Source of the DNA: an uncultured Candidatus Binatia bacterium | Lineage (GTDB): Bacteria > Desulfobacterota > Binatia > Bin18 | Length of the DNA: 64,000 nucleotides | Direction: 5' to 3' | NCBI GenBank assembly: GCA_965214605.1 | Contig: OZ243961.1 | Span: 4,192,001-4,256,000 of the forward strand | Program-made: the position numbers and the translations under genes | In this document: positions 31,004 through 40,731 of the stretch, in pieces | How the letters are laid out: the number at the start of each line of letters is the position of its first letter | Position numbering within the stretch: the first letter of the stretch is position 1 | The notes under the pieces: generated by a model | Seen by the model: the letters and a program-made list of their open reading frames with translations, nothing else | The model's database searches: none | Told to the model about the DNA's origin: nothing

Positions 31004-32170
31004 ATGCGCCAACGTCTTCGCTTCGGAGCTTTTTTGGCTCCCCATCATCCGCTCGGTGAACACCCGACGTTACAGTTCCAGCGCGACCTTGAACTGGCCG
31101 CCCTCCTGGATCGCCTTCAGTTTGACGAGTTCTGGGTCGGCGAGCATCACTCGGCGGGTTGGGAAACAATCGGCTCGCCCGAGATGTTTCTGGTTGCGGC
31201 CGCCGAGCGCACCCACCATATCCGCCTCGGAACCGGGGTGATTTCGGTTCCCTACCATCATCCGTTCAATATTGCCCAGCGCATGGTTCATCTAGACCAC
31301 TTGAGCCGGGGCCGGGCAATTCTGGGGGTCGGACCCGGCGCCCTGCCGTCCGACGCCGTTATGCTGGGCATCGATCCAATGACCCAACGCGATCGTATGG
31401 ACGAGGGCTTGGGCGCGGTTTTGCGGCTGCTGCGTGAAGACGATCCCATTACGATTGAAAGCGACTGGTTCGCCCTACACGAGGCGGCACTGCAGTTGCG
31501 GCCGCTGCAGGATGAAATCCCAGTTGCTGTGGCCTCGTCAATTTCGCCCTCAGGGATGAAAACAGCCGGGAAATACGGGGTCGGAGTGCTCTCGCTGGCC
31601 TCATATTTGGAGGAAGGACTGACCGCGCTGCCGACCCAGTGGAACTTTGGCCAGACCTCGGCACGCGAGCACGGACAACAGCTTGATCGGGCCGATTGGC
31701 GGATTGTGATGCCCTTCCATCTGTCCAGCTCAAAAGAACAAGCCTACCGCGAGGCCGCCGCTGGCTTACAGCGTTGGCAAAACGAATACATCGTCGGTAT
31801 CCTCGGCACGCCTAAGCGCCGGCCGTTTGAGGACGGCTATCAGGCGGCGCGGAGTCTCGACGAACACGGCGGGGCCATCTTTGGCACCCCTGAAGACGCT
31901 TTGGAGAAGATTGCCGCCCTGCAACAGCTGTCGGGTGGGTTTGGCACGCTGCTGTGCTTTGCCCACGACTGGGTGTCGCCTGAGCTGTCGGCGCGTAGCT
32001 ATGAATTGCTCGCCCGCTATGTGGTGCCCCAGGCGCAGGGTCTGATGCGACCGCTACAAGCCTCGGCCGATCGGGTGCAGGCTAACAAGAAAGAGCTGAT
32101 GGAACGCTCCAGCGGGGCGATTCTCAAGGCGATTCGGGAATACAATGCCGAGCACCCGCGCGCATCCTAG
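31004..32170 (+). CDS. LLM-class flavin-dependent monooxygenase (LimB-like)
   Basis: 'RFGAFLAPHH', 'FDEFWVGEHHS', 'IRLGTGV.S.PYHHP', 'GRA.LGVGPG.L'. Confidence 0.9.
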   Translation: MRQRLRFGAFLAPHHPLGEHPTLQFQRDLELAALLDRLQFDEFWVGEHHSAGWETIGSPEMFLVAAAERTHHIRLGTGVISVPYHHPFNIAQRMVHLDHLSRGRAILGVGPGALPSDAVMLGIDPMTQRDRMDEGLGAVLRLLREDDPITIESDWFALHEAALQLRPLQDEIPVAVASSISPSGMKTAGKYGVGVLSLASYLEEGLTALPTQWNFGQTSAREHGQQLDRADWRIVMPFHLSSSKEQAYREAAAGLQRWQNEYIVGILGTPKRRPFEDGYQAARSLDEHGGAIFGTPEDALEKIAALQQLSGGFGTLLCFAHDWVSPELSARSYELLARYVVPQAQGLMRPLQASADRVQANKKELMERSSGAILKAIREYNAEHPRAS

Positions 32171-32195
32171 TTGAGCCCAGATATGAGCAGGGGCT

Positions 32196-32252
32196 ATGGA
32201 TAGGCTGACGGACGCGATTGCTGTTGTCACTGATGCCGAGCGCGGTTTGGGT
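32196..32252 (+). pseudogene. 5' stub of an SDR oxidoreductase gene
   Basis: 'MDRLTDAIAVVTDAERGLG' is a degenerate TGxxxGxG N-terminus, directly downstream of the LLM gene with an RBS-like AGGGG. Confidence 0.5.
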
Positions 32253-32681
32253 ACTCTCGGGGCCTGTAGGTAGTATTGGCGTTGCTGACGATTTCAGTTC
32301 TCTTGGGATAAACCATCTAGACAGCCTTCACGTTCAATGAACGTTGGAGGGTCGCTGTTAACTCTCTCGAATGGGTCTGTTCTGTCCCTGGTCCGGAGAA
32401 CAGTCATGGGATGGTTTGTGCCAAGATGCCTCTTTTGGGTTTATGCTGCTTGCACGTGAATATTCCCCTCAATACCTTCTGTGAGATCAGCTTCCCCGTG
32501 CGCTCCATGTTCTCACGCTACCTTCGTTGTAGTGGAGGGCGAGAAAGCCCTCACCGTGCTCCCAGCCTCCACATAAAGACGCGCTAATCTCGCAGTCGGT
32601 GACAATGGCCGCCTTTTTAACTTGTCTTTGTTGTGTGGCCTATGGCGTCTCCCTGCAAACCTCCTCAAGCCGCGTCGAAGA

Positions 32682-34310
32682 CTACACACAGCCAGGAAGG
32701 AACGCACGGCCGAGGGCTTGGTCACGGCATTGGCTCGCCGCCAGGCGTTGGATGAGCGTCTCTAGGCCATCCTCGCTGACCTCAGCGGCCGAGGCTGATC
32801 TGGCGCGAGAGGCCGTCCGTCCGGTCTGACGCGAGAGGTCGGCACTCGCTGTTGTCTGTGGGGGACGGCTGCCTACAAAACCAACGACTTGAATGCCGAA
32901 TGTACAACCCGGCACAGCTCGGTAGAGCGGGCTTAAATCATGACACTGGTCTGCCGCCAGGCGGCTAATGAGCGTACTCAGGACACTCTCGGCCCTGTGC
33001 TCAGAAACCGTGGCATAGGTGTCTGGGATGCTGACATAGCGCACCGGAGCCGTCCTGCGGCCGGTCGTTAGAACAGTTGGAGAGGGGCCGAAGAGACGGG
33101 TCACTTGAACACCGAAGACTGTGCTGTCTAGTGAGTACCGACCGGGAGCGCGAGAATTTTCGTCGGGGGTCGCGTAGCGTGTCTCGGTATGGGATGCACC
33201 GCCACCAAGATCAACCTGCCAACCGCCCCGCTCGATAGCCAGACCGATGGGAAATAAATAGTCGGTCGTATCGCCCAGGGTTGGGACGAGGGCCGCGTCC
33301 TTGATCGCCCAGGGTTCGTACGAAAACCCGACCCGAAATTTGACTCCCTGCATAATTTCAAGCTGCACCCCCGCGCCGATTCGCCAACGGTCCTTGGCAT
33401 CCTCAACCGCACGGCTATCTAGAAACGAGCGCTTCTTGAAACGCAGGCGGCTGTGTTCAAACACCGAGTATTGGGTCCAGCTTCCCTGAGCGGTAATCGT
33501 CAGACGCTCGGTCAGATGGTAGGCAAAGCCCAGCTTCACATTCTGGGGGATGTTGAAACCCACTCTGCTATCATCGCCCCTGCCGTCGACGCGGGCGTTG
33601 CCAAACATCCAGATATGGCCCGGTGTCTTATAGGCGAGGCCCAGATTGAGCTTCTCGGTCGGTTGGTAGAGTAGGCCAAGCGTCCCAAAAACTCCTGGCC
33701 CGCGGGCGTCGATGTCCAAGCGGCCGACCGGGCTAGGGGTCTTGAATTTCAGGCGGCCATAGGTCGGGTTGAGAGACACCCCCAGGTGTAGATTCGGCCC
33801 CACCGAGTAGGCAATCGACGGGGCCAGAGAAATGGAAACTAGCTCGGTGAAGAAATTATTGGGCACGCCGTGGACCGGATCAGCCCGATGGTTAAACATG
33901 AAGCCCAGCGAGCCGTACATACCGATGCCGAATCGAAACGGCCCAAAGCTGTCCGACACATAGCCGAAGTTGGGCGCCAGCGGGAGTTCCCGGCTGGTGC
34001 TCTCATAACCCAAGGGGCTTTTATAGGTGGGATGAAAGCGTAGGGCCAATAAGCCGGTTGACAGGGAGGGGGGTAATACACTGAGCTGGGCTGGGTTGTT
34101 GAATACAGCCGTGCTAGCGTTCATCGGTAAGGCAACCACATTACCGCCTAAGCCTCCGTCGGTCGGTCCGTTGGCCGGGACACCGAGCTGACTAGCCTGA
34201 ACGGGGCGAGCGGTGAGTAGGAGGCTGATAAAACAAAAAATGATCAACCATACGCGAGAAAAATCGGCCACTTGGGAGCGTCGCTTCCAACAGCGCATCA
34301 TCACCTCCAC
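32682..34310 (-). CDS. FadL/TodX-family outer-membrane transporter with a 135-aa C-terminal extension containing two Cys-pair repeats
   Basis: Signal peptide, the 'A...ASTAVFNNPA.L' hatch motif and beta-strand patterns ending '...GVQVTRLF' at 33090. The tail follows. The exact start is uncertain. Confidence 0.8.
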   Translation of the reverse strand: MEVMMRCWKRRSQVADFSRVWLIIFCFISLLLTARPVQASQLGVPANGPTDGGLGGNVVALPMNASTAVFNNPAQLSVLPPSLSTGLLALRFHPTYKSPLGYESTSRELPLAPNFGYVSDSFGPFRFGIGMYGSLGFMFNHRADPVHGVPNNFFTELVSISLAPSIAYSVGPNLHLGVSLNPTYGRLKFKTPSPVGRLDIDARGPGVFGTLGLLYQPTEKLNLGLAYKTPGHIWMFGNARVDGRGDDSRVGFNIPQNVKLGFAYHLTERLTITAQGSWTQYSVFEHSRLRFKKRSFLDSRAVEDAKDRWRIGAGVQLEIMQGVKFRVGFSYEPWAIKDAALVPTLGDTTDYLFPIGLAIERGGWQVDLGGGASHTETRYATPDENSRAPGRYSLDSTVFGVQVTRLFGPSPTVLTTGRRTAPVRYVSIPDTYATVSEHRAESVLSTLISRLAADQCHDLSPLYRAVPGCTFGIQVVGFVGSRPPQTTASADLSRQTGRTASRARSASAAEVSEDGLETLIQRLAASQCRDQALGRAFLPGCV

Positions 34311-34479
34311 GCCTGAGGGGCAGCTTACCCTACGCTAGACAGACCGCTAATTCAATACAGTTTGGGCCAACTAAAGATATTGTTGATCTCTCCCTAGTAC
34401 GGCAATCGGTCGTCACCGATGTCTTTACTAGACCTTTGCCCCAATTCCTGTCATGACAGAGGGCGAGGAGGGCAGAGCC

Positions 34480-35253
34480 ATGCTGCAAGTCTTTTCCATG
34501 CCATGCGGGTTTCTCGAACTCGATAGCAAGCTGTTTTTTCCCGATCAGGAGACGGGCTCACCACTCGTGGTGCCGGTGCCGTGTTATCTGATTACCCATC
34601 CCCAGGGCAACGTCCTGTTCGACACCGGCGTCCACTGCACGGTGATGGACGATCCGGTTGGTCGGCTCGGACCAGAGGTGTCCAATTTGATCGTCTCGCG
34701 GAGCAAACCGGGCGAGGAGATTGTTGCCCAGCTGTCTAAATTCAAGCTCGCTCCAGACCATATCAGTTACGTTATCAACTCCCACTTTCACTTTGACCAC
34801 GCCGGTGGCAACGAGTTTTTTCCGAAATCGACTTTCTTGGTCCAAAAGAAAGAGCTCGACGCCACCAAGGACCCCGAGCTGCGGGCCAAAGCGCTGCTAG
34901 ATCCCAAGGACTATGACCATCCACTCAACTACCAGGCCGTTGATGGTGCACACGATATTTTTGGCGATGGCAGCCTGGTGATCATTCCTACCCACGGCCA
35001 TACCCCTGGCCATCAGTCGCTGCGGGTCAAGGTCAGTAAGGGCACGGAAGTCGTACTGACCGGAGATGCCTGCTATACCCGGGGCAATATGGATCAAGAC
35101 CTCCTGCCGTCGGTTGCGGTGGATGAGTCAGAGATGTATCAGTCTTTAGGCCGGCTGCGTGCGCTGCGAGACAAAGAGGGGGCAACCATTATCTATGGCC
35201 ACGACCCTGATCAGTGGAAGGAGATTCCGCACGCGCCTGAGCCCTTAGCCTAA
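34480..35253 (+). CDS. N-acyl homoserine lactonase family (AiiA-like MBL)
   Basis: 'VP.YLITHP.G.VLFDTG', 'SHFHFDH.GG', 'GHTPGH', 'GDACY', 'GHD'. Confidence 0.85.
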   Translation: MLQVFSMPCGFLELDSKLFFPDQETGSPLVVPVPCYLITHPQGNVLFDTGVHCTVMDDPVGRLGPEVSNLIVSRSKPGEEIVAQLSKFKLAPDHISYVINSHFHFDHAGGNEFFPKSTFLVQKKELDATKDPELRAKALLDPKDYDHPLNYQAVDGAHDIFGDGSLVIIPTHGHTPGHQSLRVKVSKGTEVVLTGDACYTRGNMDQDLLPSVAVDESEMYQSLGRLRALRDKEGATIIYGHDPDQWKEIPHAPEPLA

Positions 35254-35280
35254 AAGAGACCGCAGGACGACCATCCGACC

Positions 35281-36039
35281 TCAGCGAGTCTGGCCCCAGG
35301 TATTCCAATACGTTAGCTCGCGGCCTGGGCGGCGTGGCGCTGGCTTGAAATCCGTGCCGGTATAGTAGGCGATTGGCAGCAGAACGGCCTGGGTCACCGA
35401 ATCGGGGATACCAAGCCGCTGCGCGACTTCTTTTTCGTGCAGAAGGTGCAGGGTGGTCCAAGCCGATCCCAATCCCCGGGCGCGTAGGGCCAGCATCAAC
35501 GACCAGGCCGAGGGCAGGATTGAGCCGTACAGTCCGGCCTGGGCGGCGGGACTGGGATCTGTGACACGGCCTTCAATGCAGGCGATAAGCAAAACCGGGA
35601 CCTCGTGCATATGGTCCGACAGGTGCCAGGCCGATACTGCAATACGTTGGCCGGGGGTGGACGGCACTTGGCTGGGACGCTCCCCGGCATAGCGCTCAAA
35701 ACTGCGGCGATACAGGTCGGCAACGGCTTTTTTCTTGTCCGGATCGGTGATCACCATAAAACGCCAGCTCTGCTGATTGCCACCGGTCGGGGCTTGCAGG
35801 GCAATTTCAATGGCCTCCTCAATCACCTGGGGCTCAACCGGCCGGCTGAAGTCGAGCCGGCGGCGAACACTCCGGGTGGTCGTCAGGACATGATCGACCG
35901 CGCTCAGGTCTAACGAGGGAGACTCCTGACTGTGGACGGGAAGCGGGGCAAGGCCGAAAGCGATCAGCCCCAGGGTAACGGCAAATCCGATCGCCCGTCG
36001 GGCGTAACCTTTTGGTGCGCAGTCTTGTCCCAAATTCAT
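35281..36039 (-). CDS. Nitroreductase family protein with an N-terminal export signal
   Basis: 'TTRSVRR', 'QAPTGGNQQSW.F', 'WSLMLALRARGLGSAWTT'. N-terminus 'ARRAIG' plus a hydrophobic stretch and 'VHS-Q'. Confidence 0.88.
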   Translation of the reverse strand: MNLGQDCAPKGYARRAIGFAVTLGLIAFGLAPLPVHSQESPSLDLSAVDHVLTTTRSVRRRLDFSRPVEPQVIEEAIEIALQAPTGGNQQSWRFMVITDPDKKKAVADLYRRSFERYAGERPSQVPSTPGQRIAVSAWHLSDHMHEVPVLLIACIEGRVTDPSPAAQAGLYGSILPSAWSLMLALRARGLGSAWTTLHLLHEKEVAQRLGIPDSVTQAVLLPIAYYTGTDFKPAPRRPGRELTYWNTWGQTR

Positions 36040-36196
36040 TCTCTGTCTCCTTAATTATTGGGCTGGGAAGGGGCATCTTAGCAGGGTGGGCGGCGAAAGA
36101 AAGAAGGCGGGGGCTCGTGTATTGAGTTGACAAGGGCGCGTCTGAATAATAGGTGAGGGACAAGGCACAGTTTGATAGCACAAAGGAGGTCCAGCT

Positions 36197-37081
36197 ATGG
36201 CCAGCGAACAATTGCAACAGGTCCTGAGCATGTTCAAAGAGATGGGCGAGAAGATGGGTACGGCAAAAGATCTGAATGAAATGCGGGGGATTATGATTGA
36301 GACACCGGTCCTCAGCGGCGTGTCGTGTACTGCGGTTGACGCCGGCGGAGTACCGGCCGAATGGCACGTTGCTGACGGTGTAGACGAGAACAAAGTTATT
36401 CTTTACGTCCACGGTGGTGGCTACGTCATGGGCTCGGCCGGCACCCACCGTGATATGACCTCTCGTCTGTCAAAGGCGGCTGGGGCGCGGGTGCTGTCAC
36501 TCAACTATCGTTTAGCTCCTGAACATCCATTTCCGGCCCCGGTCGATGATGCCGTGGCAGCCTATGGCTGGTTGCTCGGCCAAGGCATCAGCCCTTCAAA
36601 CATTGCGATTGCCGGAGATTCGGCCGGTGGCGGGCTTGCTCTGGCCACGCTGATAGCCATTCGCGACGCTGGTCAGCCTCTGCCCGCGGCAGGCGTTGGG
36701 ATTTCTCCATGGGTCGACATGGAGGGTGCCGGCGAGTCGATGACGACCCGGGCGGCGGCGGATCCGGTCGTCCAGAAAGAGGGACTGCTCGGCATGGCCA
36801 AGCTGTATCTGGGCGCCGCCGATCCCAAGAACCCGTTGGCCGCACCACTGCACGCCAATCTGGCCGGCCTGCCGCCGCTCCTCCTTCAGGTCGGTGATGC
36901 TGAGACCCTGCTGGACGATTCCACCCGGCTCGCCGAACGGGCGCGCAAGTCCGATGTGGATGTGACCCTCAAGGTGTGGGACGAAATGCCCCACGTGTGG
37001 CACATGTTTGCCGCGATTCTGCCCGAAGCGCAGCAGGCGATTGAAGAGGTAGGCACCTTCTTTAAGGCCCACACCGCCTAG
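36197..37081 (+). CDS. HSL-family esterase/lactone hydrolase (alpha/beta hydrolase)
   Basis: 'HGGGY', 'YRLAPEH.FPA', 'GDSAGG', 'E.LLDD', 'MPHVW'. Confidence 0.93.
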   Translation: MASEQLQQVLSMFKEMGEKMGTAKDLNEMRGIMIETPVLSGVSCTAVDAGGVPAEWHVADGVDENKVILYVHGGGYVMGSAGTHRDMTSRLSKAAGARVLSLNYRLAPEHPFPAPVDDAVAAYGWLLGQGISPSNIAIAGDSAGGGLALATLIAIRDAGQPLPAAGVGISPWVDMEGAGESMTTRAAADPVVQKEGLLGMAKLYLGAADPKNPLAAPLHANLAGLPPLLLQVGDAETLLDDSTRLAERARKSDVDVTLKVWDEMPHVWHMFAAILPEAQQAIEEVGTFFKAHTA

Positions 37082-37092
37082 CAGTTTCACTC

Positions 37093-38283
37093 TCAGGACA
37101 GGGCAGCCCGCCGGGCGGCCCTGTTACTTGCCCGCCGCCCCTTTATCTTGTACAGTTCAGCCACGTTGCTGCCCAGCAGTTTGGTTCTGGCCTCGGGCCT
37201 GAGCAGGCCGACCATATCCCGCAAGTCGTCCATCGCACCAGGTTTTGCCTCGGAGTGCGGATAGTCGCTGGCCCAAAAAAAGCGGTCAGCGCCGACCAAG
37301 TCGATAATGGCCGGGACCGTTTTTTCGTCGGGGTCGCACGAAATCCAGCACTGAGCTTTGAACAGGTGGCTCGGCGGACAGGTCATCTTTTTGGTGAACC
37401 GACCGATCGACTCGTACTTGGCGTCCATACGTTCGAGCCAGGCGCTGATCCACCCCCCGCTCGATTCCAGAACGATCAGTTTCAGACGGGGAAATTTTTC
37501 AAACGTGCCGTACTGGAAGAGCGTGGTAAAAGCGGCCTGAACGGCAACCGATGACATGACCGTAAAATACCAGCTCTGGCCACGCATTCTATCGAAATGC
37601 GCCGCAGCCATGGGCGGGTTGGGCTCAATCGTGGGGTGAATGCCTATCGGCACCCCCAAGTCAGCCGCCTTGGCCCAAAACGGATCATGATCGGGATGAC
37701 CGTGAGGGATACGGCTGATCGTATGCGGAGCCACAAAGGCGCCCCGCACGCCGTCTTTGACGCTCCGTTCCAGTTCGCGCACGGCCCGCTCGACATCACC
37801 GAGCGAGATATGGGCGATCGGGATCAGGCGGTCTTTGGAGGCGGCACAAAAATCGACGATCCAACGGTTGTAGGCTCGACAGTAGGCGTCAGACAGGGCG
37901 ACGTCGAAGACCTCGGGTTCCCACAACAAGGCTAGAGAGGGGTAGAGCACCGAGGCGTCTACGCCCTGCTGATCCATGTAGTCCAGGCGTTCCTTGGGGT
38001 CCATGGCTCCCAGCGGGGCTGCACCGGTATAGGTCCGATCCGGTTGTGGCATGAGTTCTTGCGGACTTTTGCCGTAGCCGCCGAGGGTAAACAGCATCCC
38101 TCCAGAGTTGCGTTTAGACATCTTGCCGTCGATCTCCAGATACTCAAGACCGTGCTCGTCGGTTTTGATACAGATCGGGCGATTACGGAACGCCGGGTCG
38201 ATATAGTGCTGCCACAGGTCGGGCGGCTCAAGGATATGGGCGTCCGCGTCAATGACTAGCAAAGCTTCGGTGTGGCGCGTCAT
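37093..38283 (-). CDS. Amidohydrolase_2 family protein
   Basis: 'IDADAHILEP', 'LYPS', 'AYNRW', 'FPRLK', 'WASDYPH'. Confidence 0.92.
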   Translation of the reverse strand: MTRHTEALLVIDADAHILEPPDLWQHYIDPAFRNRPICIKTDEHGLEYLEIDGKMSKRNSGGMLFTLGGYGKSPQELMPQPDRTYTGAAPLGAMDPKERLDYMDQQGVDASVLYPSLALLWEPEVFDVALSDAYCRAYNRWIVDFCAASKDRLIPIAHISLGDVERAVRELERSVKDGVRGAFVAPHTISRIPHGHPDHDPFWAKAADLGVPIGIHPTIEPNPPMAAAHFDRMRGQSWYFTVMSSVAVQAAFTTLFQYGTFEKFPRLKLIVLESSGGWISAWLERMDAKYESIGRFTKKMTCPPSHLFKAQCWISCDPDEKTVPAIIDLVGADRFFWASDYPHSEAKPGAMDDLRDMVGLLRPEARTKLLGSNVAELYKIKGRRASNRAARRAALS

Positions 38284-39159
38284 ATGGCCTGTCCTTTCCT
38301 AACGATTCTTGATTAACCGTCTTTTTCGGACCCTTTTCATTTTTCTGAAGCCAGCACAACGACTTTGTCGGGAACACTAAGGTTAACCTCCACATGGGAC
38401 GGCGCCCTGAAACACAAGATAATAGCCCTGAGCTTTGAGAAGAATGTGGTATGCGACGTCCCCTAGCGAGACGTCCACCACTCGCTAGGCGGGCCGGAGC
38501 AGACCGTCCGAGAGCCGGCGGACAATGGGAGGCTAACAAAACGGTCTCAGGGGCCTCGCACTAAGCGCCGGAGCCGACGGGCAAGCCCTCGGAAATCGGA
38601 ATGGGGGACACGTATATTCTTCCCTACATAAGCCCTTTATGGATCGTAATGGGTTGGAGCCTCGTGAGACTCTGAAGATGACGTTCAACTTTTTCCCTAA
38701 TACGTGACTTCAAGACACTACCGCTACAGCGTAGCACCCTCGGTTCCCAATGCCAATCCAAAACGCAAGCGGGATTCCAGCAATGTGAGTCACAGAAAAC
38801 GTAAGCGGTGGGGGAGAGCGCGCACCTCTATTACTCGTAAATTCCATAACGACCGGACTTCCCAGGCTGATCTCTGAAGCTCTTGATAGGATTTGAGAGC
38901 GGTTTTCTGGATTGCTGTTGGTATGTGGTCACCGGGCACAAGCCGGTTGGATACGCGGTCGGCTTCGCCGGTAGCGACGGGGCCGACATGCCTGGGTTCT
39001 GTAAATGTTTTGTCTCTCTTCGAGGGAGCCGGTCTTTGCGGACGCGTCCGGGCTTGGTTTTTGTATTGTTGTGAGTGATGAAGAGGGACGCGTTCGAAGC
39101 AGGTGTAGTTGTCTCCTTGTTCAACAATGATGAGCGGAGATTGGTGCTCGACTTCGTGC

Positions 39160-39327
39160 TGAACGTCATGTGACGAAGTTGGCGCGTGGCTTGCAGAAGC
39201 CTCTTCTGGTGACTTCCTCTTCTTCGGCAATCTGTTCTAGACCGAAGCCGTATTCGTGGACCAGGACGAGAAGGGACGTCCCCTTCTGGCGCTTTGACAA
39301 GGCATTTTTGGTGGACAACTCCTCCAT
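39160..39327 (-). pseudogene. Possible ECF sigma-factor region-4 relic
   Basis: 'LSKRQK..LLVLVHEYGFGLEQIAEEEEVT', then a frameshift, then 'QKRLLQATRQLRH'. This matches the sigma-4 HTH pattern. Confidence 0.4.
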
Positions 39328-39606
39328 TTCCTGCCGCCCTCGCGTTTTAACGTTGTGTCCCCACACGTATTCAGACCGCGGAGGATGGTTGACTGGGGGG
39401 AGCTTTCCTTCGTTTTTTTGTTTCTTCTAGCGAGCCGCCAGTCTTTGCTTCATGGATTCAGTTTGATCTTCAGACTAATAGTGGATTAAGAATGAAACGA
39501 AGGCACATCTCCTTGGGAGCAGGCTTGCTAAACGGGATGTCACACTCGGCACATTGACAAGGCAGGGCTTATATGGGCTTGTAGATTCGCAGGGGAGGAA
39601 AGACTG

Positions 39607-40704
39607 ATGCAGGCGTCATTCTTTTGCACAAATAGCTATCTTTCGCCGGAGGCGTTCAAACACCAGGGCTGGCCGACTCCATCGGCTCTGTTTCGCTCTG
39701 AGGTTGGCCAGCAGTCACTTGGGTTGGCCCTGACTCAGGCTAAACTCGCCGACGAATTGGGTTTTGATTGGGTCAGCTGTTCGGAACACCATTACACGCC
39801 GTTGCTCCAAACGCCGAACGCGGCGGTGTTTGCCGCAGCTTTGAGCCAGGTTGTCCGCCGGGCAAAGATCGCTGTGCTAGGACCGTTGGTGTCGATGACT
39901 AACCCGGTCCGAATTGCCGAAGAGATTGCCATGCTCGACCAGCTCAGCGGGGGACGGTTGGTGGTGTTGTTTCTACGCGGCACGCCGAACGAGTTTCTGG
40001 CCTACGGGGTCAACCCGGACGAGACCCGGGCCCGCACCCAAGAGGCTAGCCTACTGATTACCCGTGCGTTGACCGAGCCGCAGCCGTTCGGTTGGGAGGG
40101 GCGGTACTACCGTTTCCGCACTGTATCGGTGTGGCCGGGGTTGGTCCAACAGCCCCATCCGCCCCTGTATTATTCGGGCAATAGTCTGGAATCGGCTTCG
40201 TTTGCGGCCGCCCACCGCCTAGGGCTTGGCGTGTCATTTTATCCTGCTCATATCACGGCTCAGATGACCGACCACTACAAGCAGGAATGTGCCAAGCAGG
40301 GCTGGGAGCCGACTTCTGAGCAGCTGTTATACCGCTCTTTTGGCGCAGTAGCTGAAGACGATAGCCAAGCTGCTGAGCTTGAGTCCCGGTTCTTTAGGGG
40401 GGATGGGGCTGCTAACTTATTTCGGGGACGCGGGGCGGCCGTTCCACCCCCAACCCAAACTCAGCCTGGTTTTGGGCTGGGGGAGCTGCGCTTCTGCGGG
40501 AGCCCGGACACCGTTGTGAGGCAGATTACGGACTTCCATGAAACCACCGGAGTCGGAGTGCTGGATATCGGCTTCGGCGGGGCTGGGATCACCCTAGAAG
40601 AGGCTGAGCGGTCGATGCGGCTGTTTGCAACCGAAGTCCTCCCCCGCATACGTTCACTAAGCGTCAAGGTGAGCCAGCCGCCCGCGGCTGCAGTCGGGGC
40701 GTAG
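39607..40704 (+). CDS. LLM-class flavin-dependent oxidoreductase
   Basis: 'ADELGFDWV..SEHHY', 'NPVRIAEEIAMLDQLSGGRL', 'QQPHPP', 'GSPDTV', 'SMRLFATEV.P'. Confidence 0.92.
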   Translation: MQASFFCTNSYLSPEAFKHQGWPTPSALFRSEVGQQSLGLALTQAKLADELGFDWVSCSEHHYTPLLQTPNAAVFAAALSQVVRRAKIAVLGPLVSMTNPVRIAEEIAMLDQLSGGRLVVLFLRGTPNEFLAYGVNPDETRARTQEASLLITRALTEPQPFGWEGRYYRFRTVSVWPGLVQQPHPPLYYSGNSLESASFAAAHRLGLGVSFYPAHITAQMTDHYKQECAKQGWEPTSEQLLYRSFGAVAEDDSQAAELESRFFRGDGAANLFRGRGAAVPPPTQTQPGFGLGELRFCGSPDTVVRQITDFHETTGVGVLDIGFGGAGITLEEAERSMRLFATEVLPRIRSLSVKVSQPPAAAVGA

Positions 40705-40731
40705 ACCACTACCGGTAAGCGGGGAGACGCT

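Noticed and set aside
36127-36155. TTGACA boxes at 36127 and 39554 as promoters
   Set aside because: No convincing -10 element at 16-18 nt spacing.
38575-38615. c-di-GMP-I riboswitch-like 'GGCAAGCC...GAAA' motif
   Set aside because: It lacks the conserved GACGCAAAGC junction and the second stem.
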